Below are positions 51,897-61,362 of a stretch of DNA of 64,000 nt, piece after piece. Where the stretch lies: contig CAWCMR010000014.1 in assembly GCA_963796685.1 (NCBI GenBank), positions 107,189 to 171,188 on the forward strand. Reading direction: 5' to 3'. Source of the stretch: an uncultured delta proteobacterium. Lineage in GTDB: Bacteria > Myxococcota_A > Polyangia > Fen-1088. The position numbers and the translations under genes were made by a program. A model generated the notes under the pieces. That model did no database searches. It worked only from the letters and a program-made list of their open reading frames with translations, and was not told where the DNA came from. Position 1 is the first letter of the stretch; each line of letters opens with the position of its first letter.

Positions 51897-54608
51897 ATGG
51901 CCACAGAAACCGCACCAGAAGATCGCCCCAACCTTCCCCAAGACACCGATCCGGAGGAGACACGCGAGTGGATCGAATCGCTGGCCTCGACCATGGAGCG
52001 CGAAGGCGTCGAACGCGCGCACTTCATTCTGGAACGGCTTGTCGACCACGCGCGGCGCTCCGGGGCACACTTGCCCTTCGACGCGACCACGGCCTACGTC
52101 AACACCATTCCGGTGACGCAGCAGCCTCGCGTGCCGGGCGATCCGGGGCTCGAGCGGCGCATTCGTTCGTTCATTCGCTGGAACGCGCTGGCCATGGTGG
52201 TGAATGCCAATCGTAAGTCGTCAGAGCTCGGCGGCCACATCGCCAGCTTCGCTTCCATAGCCACGCTGTACGATGTCGGTTTCAACCATTTCTTTCGCGG
52301 TCCCGAGGCCGAAGGTGGTGGCGATCTGGTCTACTTCCAGGGCCACTCGGCCCCCGGCATCTACGCGCGTGCCTTCCTCGAAGGACGCATCAGCGAGGAG
52401 CAACTGCGCTCTTTCCGTCAGGAAGTCGAAAGCGACGGCAAGGGACTGTCGTCGTATCCGCATCCCTACCTGATGCCCGACTTCTGGCAGTTCTCGACGG
52501 TGTCCATGGGGCTGACGTCGATGATGGCCATCTACCAGGCGCGCTTCATGCGCTACCTCGAGCACCGGGGCATTCTCGACACCAGCGGGCGCAAGGTGTG
52601 GGCGTTCCTTGGCGACGGCGAGATGGACGAGCCCGAATCCCAGGGCGCGATCTCCCTGCCTGCGCGCGAGCACCTCGACAATCTCGTCTTCGTGGTCAAC
52701 TGCAACCTGCAGCGCCTGGACGGTCCGGTGCGCGGCGACGGCAAAATCGTGCAGGAGCTGGAGGCATCGTTCCGTGGCGCGGGCTGGAACGTCATCAAGG
52801 TCCTGTGGGGCTCGTACTGGGATCCGCTGCTCCAGCGCGACACCAAGGGGATCTTGCGCAAGCGCATGATGGAGTGCGTGGACGGCGAATACCAGGCCTA
52901 CAAGGCCAAGGGCGGCGCCTTTACGCGCGAGCACTTCTTCGGCAAGTACCCGGAAACCGCGGCCATGGTCGCCAACATGAGCGACGAGGAGATCTGGTGG
53001 CTCAACCGCGGCGGTCACGACCCCAACAAGGTCTACGCTGCGTACAAGGCCGCCATGGAGCACAAGGGCCAGCCCACCATCATCCTGGCCAAGACGGTCA
53101 AGGGCTACGGCATGGGCGAGGCGGGCGAGGGGCTCAACCCGACCCACCAGCAGAAGAAGATGGGCGAGGAGGCGCTGAAGGCGTTCCGCGATCGCTTCAG
53201 CATCCCCATCGCCGACGACAAGATCGGCGAGGCGCCGTTTTACCGGCCGGCCGACAACAGCAAGGAGATCCAGTACCTGCTAGCGCGGCGCAAGGAGCTG
53301 GGGGGATTCCTGCCCGCGCGCCGGCGCACGGCCCCGCCCGTGGTCGCTCCGTCGCTCGACGCCTTCGAGACCCAGCTCAAGGGCAGCGGCGAGCACGAGA
53401 TGTCGACGACCATGGTCTTCGTGCGCATCCTGACCCAGCTGGTGCGCGACCGGAACATCGGCAAGCTGATCGTTCCGATTGTCCCTGATGAGGCGCGCAC
53501 CTTCGGGATGGAAGGGCTATTCCGCCAGATTGGCATCTATTCGTCGGTGGGGCAGCTTTACGAGCCGGTCGATGCCGAGCAGCTCATGTCCTACAAGGAG
53601 ATGAAGAACGGCCAGATCCTGGAAGAGGGCATCAACGAGGCGGGCTCGATGGCGTCGTTCCTGGCCGCGGGCATGGCCCACAGCAACCACGGCGTCAACA
53701 TGATCCCCTTTTACGCCTTCTATTCCATGTTCGGGTTCCAGCGCATCGGCGACTTCGCCTGGGCCGCGGGCGACATGCGCTGCCGCGGCTTTCTGATGGG
53801 CGGTACCGCGGGACGCACCACCTTGGCGGGCGAAGGCTTGCAGCACCAGGACGGCCACAACCTGGTCACGGCTTCCACCATCCCCACCTGCGTGTCCTAC
53901 GATCCGACCTTCGCCTACGAGATGGCGGTCATCATCCAGGACGGCATCCGCCGCATGTACCAGGATCAGGAAGACATCTTCTATTACATCACCATGATGA
54001 ACGAGAACTGGCGCCACCCGCCCATGCCGGAGGGCGCCCGAGAGGGCATCCTGAAGGGGATGTACCTGTTGCGCGACGGCGGGCCGCAAGACAACGAAGA
54101 CAAGAAGAAGCCGCGCATCCAATTGCTCGGCTCGGGCGCCATCTTGCGCGAGGTGATGGCGGCGGCGGACATGTTGCGCGATGATTTCGGCGTCGCCTCG
54201 GACATCTGGAGCGCTACCAGCTTCAATGAGCTGCGCCGCGACGGCATCGCCGCCGAGCGATGGTCCATGCTGCATCCGGAAGAGAAGCGCAGGCCATGCT
54301 ACGCGGAAACCTGCTTGGCCGGGCGGCCGGGTCCCATCGTGGCGGCGACGGACTATGTGCGCCTTTATGCCGACCAGATTCGGCCGTACTTGCCCGGGAA
54401 ACACTACGTGGTCCTGGGCACCGACGGGTTCGGCCGCAGCGACACGCGCAAGAAGCTGCGCCACTTCTTCGAGGTGGATCGTCGCTACGTGGTGGTCGCG
54501 GCGCTGCGGGCGCTGGCCGACACGGGCGACCTGCCGGTGGGCAAAATTCGCGAGGCCATGGAAAAGTATGGGATAGATCCGGAGAAGCCGAACCCCTCGA
54601 CCGTGTAG
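51897..54608 (+). CDS. aceE: Pyruvate dehydrogenase E1 (homodimeric type)
   Basis: DTDPEETREW, GGHIASFAS, LSSYPHP, GDGEMDEPES, PDEARTFGMEG, GEGLQHQDG, LGTDGFGRSDTR. Confidence 0.98.
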   Translation: MATETAPEDRPNLPQDTDPEETREWIESLASTMEREGVERAHFILERLVDHARRSGAHLPFDATTAYVNTIPVTQQPRVPGDPGLERRIRSFIRWNALAMVVNANRKSSELGGHIASFASIATLYDVGFNHFFRGPEAEGGGDLVYFQGHSAPGIYARAFLEGRISEEQLRSFRQEVESDGKGLSSYPHPYLMPDFWQFSTVSMGLTSMMAIYQARFMRYLEHRGILDTSGRKVWAFLGDGEMDEPESQGAISLPAREHLDNLVFVVNCNLQRLDGPVRGDGKIVQELEASFRGAGWNVIKVLWGSYWDPLLQRDTKGILRKRMMECVDGEYQAYKAKGGAFTREHFFGKYPETAAMVANMSDEEIWWLNRGGHDPNKVYAAYKAAMEHKGQPTIILAKTVKGYGMGEAGEGLNPTHQQKKMGEEALKAFRDRFSIPIADDKIGEAPFYRPADNSKEIQYLLARRKELGGFLPARRRTAPPVVAPSLDAFETQLKGSGEHEMSTTMVFVRILTQLVRDRNIGKLIVPIVPDEARTFGMEGLFRQIGIYSSVGQLYEPVDAEQLMSYKEMKNGQILEEGINEAGSMASFLAAGMAHSNHGVNMIPFYAFYSMFGFQRIGDFAWAAGDMRCRGFLMGGTAGRTTLAGEGLQHQDGHNLVTASTIPTCVSYDPTFAYEMAVIIQDGIRRMYQDQEDIFYYITMMNENWRHPPMPEGAREGILKGMYLLRDGGPQDNEDKKKPRIQLLGSGAILREVMAAADMLRDDFGVASDIWSATSFNELRRDGIAAERWSMLHPEEKRRPCYAETCLAGRPGPIVAATDYVRLYADQIRPYLPGKHYVVLGTDGFGRSDTRKKLRHFFEVDRRYVVVAALRALADTGDLPVGKIREAMEKYGIDPEKPNPSTV

Positions 54609-54644
54609 AATCCGCGCGGCGGAAGAGCCAGAGGAAGAGCGAAC

Positions 54645-56039
54645 GTGGCCAAGACACTCGAAGTGACCGTACCCGACCTGGGAGACTTTCATGACGTCGC
54701 CGTCATCGAGATGGCGGTGAAGCCGGGCGATTCCGTGCAGAAGGATCAGCCTCTGCTGACTCTCGAAACCGACAAGGCGACCATGGACTTGCCGTCGCCG
54801 GGCGCGGGCGTGATCAAGGAATTCTTCGTCTCGATTGGGACCAAGGTGTCCAAGGGCTCGCGCATCGCCAGCCTGGAAGTCATCGAGGGTGGCGCGGCCG
54901 CGCCGGCGGCCAAGCCCGCGCCGCCGCCCAAGGCCCCCCCGGCCAAGCCCGCGCCCTCCGCTGCGCGCGCGCCCATCTTGACCGCTGTCCCGGCGAGCGT
55001 CGAGCCCGCGGTGGTCGAATTGGCCCCCGAGCTGACAGCCGACATGGCGACAGACGTTCGCAAGCCCGCCTCGCACAAGACGCCGGCACCCGAGGAATTG
55101 GCGCCCGTGACGCCTCCTCCGCCGCTCGCCACCGTCAAGGTGAAGTCGCACGCCAGTCCCACCATTCGTCGCCTGGCGCGCGAGCTTGGCGTGGATCTGT
55201 CGCTGGTGAAGGGAACCGGACGGCACGGCCGGATTCTCGAACCGGACGTCAAGAGCTACGTCAAAGAGCACGTGGGCAAGGCCGTGGCCGCGGCGGGTGG
55301 CTTCGTGTTGCCGGAAGCGCCCTTCGTCGATTTCGCCCGCTTCGGCCTCATCGAATCGCAGCCGCTCTCGCGCATCAAGCGCGTGACCGCGACGAATTTG
55401 CAGCGCGCCTGGCTGCGTGTCGTGCACGTCACCCAGCACGACGAGGCGGACATCACGGATCTCGAGGGTTTTCGCAAATCCGAGGCCGAGCAGGCCAAGA
55501 AGCGCAACGTGCACCTGACCGTGTTGCCCTTCCTCATGAAGGCTGTGGTGGCGACGTTGCGGGCGTTCCCGACCTTCAATGCCTCGCTGGATCCGGCGGG
55601 CGAGAATCTCATCCTCAAGCGCTACTTCCACCTCGGGGTCGCCGTGGACACGCCCGAGGGGTTGGTGGTGCCGGTGATTCGCGACGTGGATCGCAAGGGC
55701 GTCTACGATCTGGCGGCCGAGCTGGTCGTGGTCAGCGAGAAGGCGCGCGCCCACAAGCTCTTGCCCGGGGACATGCAGGGCGGAACCTTCACCATCTCCA
55801 GCCTGGGTGGAATCGGCGGCACCGCGTTCACCCCAATCGTGAACATCCCCGAGGTCGCCATCCTGGGCATTTCCCGTGCGAGCATGAAGCCGGTCTACGA
55901 GAACGGCGCCTTCGTGCCGCGCCTGATGCTGCCGTTGTCGCTGTCGTACGACCATCGCGTGAACGACGGTGCGGACGCCGCGCGCTTCACCACGTACCTG
56001 CGCCAGTTGCTTTCCGACATCAAGCGGTTGTTGCTGTAG
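54645..56039 (+). CDS. aceF: Dihydrolipoamide acetyltransferase E2 (single lipoyl domain)
   Basis: LETDKATMD, HASPTIRRLARELGVDL, FTISSLGGIGG, SYDHRVNDGA. Confidence 0.96.
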   Translation: MAKTLEVTVPDLGDFHDVAVIEMAVKPGDSVQKDQPLLTLETDKATMDLPSPGAGVIKEFFVSIGTKVSKGSRIASLEVIEGGAAAPAAKPAPPPKAPPAKPAPSAARAPILTAVPASVEPAVVELAPELTADMATDVRKPASHKTPAPEELAPVTPPPPLATVKVKSHASPTIRRLARELGVDLSLVKGTGRHGRILEPDVKSYVKEHVGKAVAAAGGFVLPEAPFVDFARFGLIESQPLSRIKRVTATNLQRAWLRVVHVTQHDEADITDLEGFRKSEAEQAKKRNVHLTVLPFLMKAVVATLRAFPTFNASLDPAGENLILKRYFHLGVAVDTPEGLVVPVIRDVDRKGVYDLAAELVVVSEKARAHKLLPGDMQGGTFTISSLGGIGGTAFTPIVNIPEVAILGISRASMKPVYENGAFVPRLMLPLSLSYDHRVNDGADAARFTTYLRQLLSDIKRLLL

Positions 56040-56053
56040 CAAGGAGTCTTCCC

Positions 56054-56623
56054 ATGGCCAACACGCCTTCCGGTATGGTTTCCCTCGGTACGGCGATGCC
56101 GGCGTTCTCGTTGCCCGATACCATCAGCGGCCGGACGCTCGATTCGTCCGCCCTCGCGGGCAAGCCCAGCGTCGTCATCTTCATCTGCAACCATTGCCCC
56201 TTCGTCAAACACATCCGAGCCGGGTTGGCCGACTTCGGCCGCACCTGCCGAAGCAAGGGCGTGCCCATGGTCGCCATCAGCGCGAACGATGTCGCCAGCT
56301 ATCCCGACGACGCGCCCGAGGCCATGGCCCGCGAGGCCGCCAGCGCCGGCTACATCTTCCCCTACCTCTACGACGAGTCGCAAGCCGTGGCCAAGGCCTT
56401 CGACGCCCGCTGCACCCCCAATCTCTTCATCTTCGACCGCGACGGCAAGCTGGCCTACCGCGGGCAGTTCGACGACGCCCGCCCCGGCAACCCGATCCCC
56501 GTCACCGGCCGCGACGCCCGTGCCGCCGTGGACGCGCTCCTCGCCGGCCAGCAACCGGATCCCAACCAAAAGGCCAGCATCGGCTGCAGCATCAAGTGGA
56601 AGCCCGGCAACGAGCCGGGGTGA
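56054..56623 (+). CDS. Thioredoxin-like/AhpC-TSA family protein
   Basis: FICNHCPFVKH, FPYLYDESQAVAK, YRGQFDD, SIGCSIKWK. Confidence 0.92.
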   Translation: MANTPSGMVSLGTAMPAFSLPDTISGRTLDSSALAGKPSVVIFICNHCPFVKHIRAGLADFGRTCRSKGVPMVAISANDVASYPDDAPEAMAREAASAGYIFPYLYDESQAVAKAFDARCTPNLFIFDRDGKLAYRGQFDDARPGNPIPVTGRDARAAVDALLAGQQPDPNQKASIGCSIKWKPGNEPG

Positions 56624-56692
56624 GGGCGGCGGGGTGCCAAACTGATTTGGAGGGTCAGCCCACGCAACGCCCAAGGCCAGGGACCAATAATT

Positions 56693-56924
56693 TCTAAGGA
56701 AGCCAGGAAAGCAGGAAGAAAGAGAGCAAGCGGCGAGGTCCACCAGGCACTTGGGTCTGGATTCCTGGGGTCGGTACACGAGAACGCCTCGCCCTCCTAC
56801 CTCCGGGTCACCGGCCGTGAGCACGGGGTGAGCTCGAGCTTCGCCAGGCCAACACTCGAAATCAAGCGCGCCATTGCCTCCCAACGGGCATACCACCCAT
56901 TCCTGGCTTCCTGGCTTCCTTAGA
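56693..56924. repeat. MITE-like element with 25-bp terminal inverted repeats
   Basis: tctaaggaagccaggaaagcaggaa versus ttcctggcttcctggcttccttaga (2 mismatches); no convincing ORF inside. Confidence 0.65.
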
Positions 56925-57295
56925 GGCCGTTAGCTTGCCACGTCGCAGCTGGTGGGGAGTGCGGGATGGCCGCCGAACCGAGCCGCTGCGAACGAAGTAG
57001 CTGCATTTCAACTGTTCCTAGCGCAACCCAACGGCGTCTATTTCATCAGAAGGAAAGGCTTCAGCGTCGATCTCCTGCCTCGGGAAGAGGCGATGAAGGA
57101 TATCGTCGAAATGAAATACGATATGGGGACGGAATCGTAAGGCATTGCGGTTCGCCAGCTCGGAGACCGACCGCCTGTCTCGCCGACGAGGTGTCCAGAA
57201 ATCGACGGTAGCGCGAGGGCGACGGACAAGAACACCAATTCGACTTGCCCGTGGATGATGCGTGTTTTACATTTGGACGCAGAGTGCTCCCAGGC

Positions 57296-57727
57296 GTGAA
57301 CATAGGCAGGCTGCTCATACCCCGCAAAGGAAGGGCGGCACGGCTTTTCGCGGCAACGCTGATCGTCGCCATGGGGGTTGCGCAGTTCTTGGCGTCGTGG
57401 CACGAGGCCACGGTTCGGCACGTGCGCTGCGCAGAGCACGGCGAGGCCATCGACGTCGGAGCCTTCTCGCATCCGGGATCGGCTCCAGCGCGGTACCGGG
57501 CAGCCGGTACGGGGATGGAGGGCGCGGATAGTACCGAGACGCCGTCGCACGATCACTGCGCCATTGTCTTTGCATGCCGGGCAAGTGCGCGGGCACGGCT
57601 ACTGAGGCAGACCATGCGCTTGCTGCCGCCGCCGGTTGTCGTGCGGCCGGCCATCGAACCCGCCTCGCGACCTGGGCGAGCGTTCGTCCTTGCGAGCGCG
57701 CCCAAGACCTCTCCACCCGCAGGCTAG
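57296..57727 (+). CDS. His/Cys-rich leader ORF (DUF2946/CruR-like) upstream of the TBDR
   Basis: TM segment, HEATVRHVRCAEHGE, HDHC, C-terminal LASAPKTSPP; start uncertain. Confidence 0.7.
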   Translation: MNIGRLLIPRKGRAARLFAATLIVAMGVAQFLASWHEATVRHVRCAEHGEAIDVGAFSHPGSAPARYRAAGTGMEGADSTETPSHDHCAIVFACRASARARLLRQTMRLLPPPVVVRPAIEPASRPGRAFVLASAPKTSPPAG

Positions 57728-57735
57728 CGTCCGGT

Positions 57736-57775
57736 CCCCTCTCCTCGCGTGAGCGAGGAGAGGGCTAGGGTGAGG
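57736..57775. repeat. REP-like hairpin of the same family as 30048
   Basis: cccctctcctcgcgtgagcgaggagagggctagggtgagg resembles cccctcgccccgcgcagcggggagagggttagggtgagg. Confidence 0.7.
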
Positions 57776-57951
57776 AGAGTCATCTCTCCGTCGACGTGAC
57801 GCCGTCACGCCCTTCCCCTGTTTGAGCCTGTTTGACGTTGGACCCGCTCGTATTGAGCGTTGGCTTCGGGCGGCCTGCGGCAAGCGTGTATCAAGTCGCT
57901 GCCGTCGGCTGTCTGGGTGTTCCCGTTCCTTGGACTTGTCGAGGAGATCCC

Positions 57952-60546
57952 GTGTCTTCATTTCGCGTTCCTTGTTTCCTATCAGGACTCTGCGTCTTGC
58001 TTTTGTCGGAGCCTCTCGCTCGTGCGCAGGATGGCGGAGTCCCTGCGGTCGAGCCGCCACAGGTCGTGGAAGAGCGGCAGCCCTCATACCCGTTAGAGGC
58101 CGCCGCCAGCGGCGCGCGAGGCGATGTCGCGGTGAATGTCGAGATCGACGCGGATGGAAACGTCACCGGGGTAGGGCTCGTGCGTGGGGTGGCGCCAGCC
58201 CTGGACCGGGCTGCAATCGAAGCCGCCAGCCACTGGAGATTCAAACCGGCGCTCCGTGGCGACGTCGCGGTGGCGAGCCGCGTGCGATTGCTGTTCCACT
58301 TCGAGCCACCGGCCCCGCCGGCTGCTCCGGTACCGCCACCCAAGCAAGAGACACCTGGCAGCCCAACGGTGATTCCGTCCCCAGCGCCGACACCCCCGCC
58401 GCCGACACCAACGCAGGTGCCGACAGTGCCTGCGCCGCCAGCCGCCCTCGACGTCACGGTGCTCGGCCGCCGCCCACCCGTCAGCCGGGGCGCATCCGAT
58501 TTCCAAATCCGCGTCGACCAGCTTGCCGAGGTTCCGCGCGCGAATGCCTCCGAGCTGCTCAAGCTGGCGCCTGGCATCTTGCTGACCAACGAGGGCGGCG
58601 AGGGGCACGCCGAGCAGGTGTTCATGCGCGGCTTCGATGCGCGCGAGGGACAGGACATCGAGTTCACAGTGGGTGGCGTGCCCATCAACGAGAGCGGGAA
58701 TTTGCACGGTAACGGCTACGCCGACACCCACTTCATCATTCCCGAATTGGTCGAGTCGCTGCGCGTGCTCGAAGGCCCCTTCGATCCGCGCCAGGGCAAC
58801 TACGCGGTGGCGGGAAGCGCCGACTACCAGCTCGGGCTCTGGCAGCGGGGACTCACCGCCCGCTACACGAGCGGGAGCTTCGGCACCCAGCGCGTGGTGG
58901 GTTTGTGGGGGCCGCCGGGCGAGAGCACGCACACCTTCGGGGCGGCCGAGATCTACAAGACGGAAGGGTTTGGTCAGAATCGGGACGCCCAACGCGCGTC
59001 GGCCATGGGCCAGTACGAAGGGCGCTTCGGAAACAACGGCAACTACCGCATTACGACCCAGGCATATGCCACGCACTTTCACTCGGCCGGCATCGTTCGC
59101 GAGGACGACTACCAGTCAGGGAAAATGGGCTTTTTCGACAGCTACGACCTCAGCAGCTTCGCGCGCGAGCACGTGCCCGAGGGCGGAGATGCCTCGCGCT
59201 ACTCGCTGGCCGCGGATCTCGAAACCCGCGCCGGGAATACCACCTTTTCTCAGCAGATGTTCGTCATCAAGCGCGACATGCGCCTTCTCGAAAACTTCAC
59301 CGGGTTCCTGCTCGATGTGCAGGAGCCGCTGCAGAGCGTACACGACCAGCGCGGCGACATGATCGACCTCGAGGTTCACGAGGTCACCATCGGAGCGCGT
59401 GGCGCCGCGCGCGTGCACGGAAACTTCCTGGGCCAACTCCAAGAGATGGAACTGGGCTATTTCGCACGCGGCGACCAGGCCGCGGGCGTGCAGCAACGCC
59501 TGGAGGCATCGACCGGCGTTCCCTATCTGACCGACACCGATCTCGTCTCCCAGATCGGAAACATCGGTCTCTACGGCGACGCGAACCTGCGTCCTAGCCG
59601 GTGGCTCAGCTTGCGCGGCGGCGCGCGCGCCGACCTGCTCACTTACAGCGTTCTCAACAACTGCGCCGCTCAAACCGTCGCCCATCCCTCGACCACCAAT
59701 CCTCCCATCGACCAGAGTTGCCTCAGCCAGCAGGATTACGGACGGCCGCGCGAGCCCAACCAGGAGACCTCCACGTCGAGCGTCGCGTTCTTGCCGCGCG
59801 CCTCGCTGATCGTCGGCCCCTTTCGCGACGTCACCTTTTCGGCCAGCTACGGCCAGGGCATTCGATCGATCGATCCCTCCTACATCACCCAGGATGTCGC
59901 GACGCCGTTCGCGCACATCGTCGCTTACGAGGCGGGGGCTGGGTACGCCGGGAATATCCGGGACACCACCGTCGTCGCGCGATCGGTCTTTTTTCAGACC
60001 GTCGTCGACAGGGATCTCATCTTCGACCAAACCGCCGGGCGCAACGTGGTTGGCGTCGGCACCACGCGCTCCGGCTGGGTGGGAGCGTTGCGCTTGACTG
60101 GCCGTTTTTTCGACGAGTCGGCGAACCTGACCCTGGTGCGCGCGACCTTCAACGACAACCACGAGGCGGTGGCCTACGTGCCGTCCACTGTGTTTCGTTC
60201 CGACACCGCGCTCCGCACCCTCCTGCCGTGGCGCCTGCTCGGGATGCCCGTGCACGCACGACTTAGCGGGGGCGTGACCTTCGTCGGCCAACGCCCGCTG
60301 CCCTACGGGGAGGTCAGCGACCGCATCTTCACGGTCGACGCGTCGGCCGTCCTTTCTTGGTCGCACTACGAATTGTGGCTCAGCTCGACCAATATCCTCA
60401 ACACGCAATACCGTCTGGGCGAATACGACTACGCCTCGGACTTCCACAGCCAGCCCCAACCGACGTTGGTCCCCGAGCGTGAGTTCGCGGCCGGCGCGCC
60501 ACGCGCGGTGTTCGTCAGCTTGGGCATCAACCTGGGAGGATCGTGA
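57952..60546 (+). CDS. TonB C-terminal domain fused to a TonB-dependent receptor
   Basis: GAGGAG RBS plus GTG; PSYPLEA...VEIDADGNV...WRFKPA; plug with GEGHAEQVFMRGFDA, NLHGNGYAD, VLEGPFDPRQGNYAVAGS. Confidence 0.9.
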   Translation: MSSFRVPCFLSGLCVLLLSEPLARAQDGGVPAVEPPQVVEERQPSYPLEAAASGARGDVAVNVEIDADGNVTGVGLVRGVAPALDRAAIEAASHWRFKPALRGDVAVASRVRLLFHFEPPAPPAAPVPPPKQETPGSPTVIPSPAPTPPPPTPTQVPTVPAPPAALDVTVLGRRPPVSRGASDFQIRVDQLAEVPRANASELLKLAPGILLTNEGGEGHAEQVFMRGFDAREGQDIEFTVGGVPINESGNLHGNGYADTHFIIPELVESLRVLEGPFDPRQGNYAVAGSADYQLGLWQRGLTARYTSGSFGTQRVVGLWGPPGESTHTFGAAEIYKTEGFGQNRDAQRASAMGQYEGRFGNNGNYRITTQAYATHFHSAGIVREDDYQSGKMGFFDSYDLSSFAREHVPEGGDASRYSLAADLETRAGNTTFSQQMFVIKRDMRLLENFTGFLLDVQEPLQSVHDQRGDMIDLEVHEVTIGARGAARVHGNFLGQLQEMELGYFARGDQAAGVQQRLEASTGVPYLTDTDLVSQIGNIGLYGDANLRPSRWLSLRGGARADLLTYSVLNNCAAQTVAHPSTTNPPIDQSCLSQQDYGRPREPNQETSTSSVAFLPRASLIVGPFRDVTFSASYGQGIRSIDPSYITQDVATPFAHIVAYEAGAGYAGNIRDTTVVARSVFFQTVVDRDLIFDQTAGRNVVGVGTTRSGWVGALRLTGRFFDESANLTLVRATFNDNHEAVAYVPSTVFRSDTALRTLLPWRLLGMPVHARLSGGVTFVGQRPLPYGEVSDRIFTVDASAVLSWSHYELWLSSTNILNTQYRLGEYDYASDFHSQPQPTLVPEREFAAGAPRAVFVSLGINLGGS

Positions 60547-61349
60547 TGCGGAAACGACGTCTCTGGCTTTTCTCGCTTTTGCTCGCGCCGGGCGGCCTTT
60601 CGTGCGTGGGGCAAACCGGCGGCAACGCCATCGACTTCCCGGTGGCCGCCGCGGGACCGGCGAGCTCGATCCTCGGGCAGCCGCTTGCTTGCACCAACGA
60701 CGGCAGCTGGGCCATCACGCTGACCCAGGCGACGCTGCACATCGGGGCCGTCTACCTCGACCAAAGCCAACCGATTTCGGGCGGACAAGCCACCGGCTGC
60801 TACCTCACCGGAACCTACGTCGCGCAGGAGACCTCGGCCCTCGACGTGGATCTCCTGTCGCCCGACCCGCAATGGTTTCCCGCCGACGCCCACGGCATCA
60901 CCTATCCGCCGGCGCTGGTCGGCCAGGTTTGGCTGACCCATGGGGATATCAACACCATTGCCGATCGGGTCCCTGTGTTCCAGGTCGCGGGCACGGCCAC
61001 GCAAGCGGCCAGCACCTATCCGTTCACCGCCGCGCTCACCATCGGTTCGAATCGGCAGGCCTCGGGCGGCGCCGTGGCCGGGGGCGATCCCATTTGCAAG
61101 GAGCGCATCGTCTCGCCGATTCCGACCACGGTGACCATCCAGCCGATCGGCGGGCTACTTCTGACCGTCGATCCGTGCCGCCTGTTCACCAACGTCGACT
61201 TCAGCCAGCTGGGGCCGGGCTCGACGCCCGGCACGTACGCCTTCAGCGACGATCCGACTTCGGCGGACTACACGCAACCGAGTCGGAACCTGTACGGAAA
61301 TCTGCGCAATACGGGGCCGTACACGTTCTCGTGGACCCCGAGTCCATAA
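60543..61349 (+). CDS. Lipoprotein associated with the TBDR
   Basis: GLSC lipobox; WAITLTQATLHIGAVYL; overlaps the TBDR stop. Confidence 0.75.
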   Translation: MMRKRRLWLFSLLLAPGGLSCVGQTGGNAIDFPVAAAGPASSILGQPLACTNDGSWAITLTQATLHIGAVYLDQSQPISGGQATGCYLTGTYVAQETSALDVDLLSPDPQWFPADAHGITYPPALVGQVWLTHGDINTIADRVPVFQVAGTATQAASTYPFTAALTIGSNRQASGGAVAGGDPICKERIVSPIPTTVTIQPIGGLLLTVDPCRLFTNVDFSQLGPGSTPGTYAFSDDPTSADYTQPSRNLYGNLRNTGPYTFSWTPSP

Positions 61350-61362
61350 GCACAAGAAGGAG

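Noticed and set aside
53517-56042. Long antisense ORFs (841 aa here; also 20369, 22018, 27457, 32619, 39100, 43609)
   Set aside because: Shadow frames of real genes in high-GC DNA with no motifs; only the 3' end of 22018 (from 23476) looks real
56925-57040. Integron attC-like site (GTTAG, GCCGAAC, CCCAAC words)
   Set aside because: The boxes do not pair into a convincing attC, and there is no integrase or cassette array
57727-57951. Cobalamin or other riboswitch before the TBDR
   Set aside because: No B12-box or GGGAA...GCCACTG core is recognisable; only a REP-like hairpin is present
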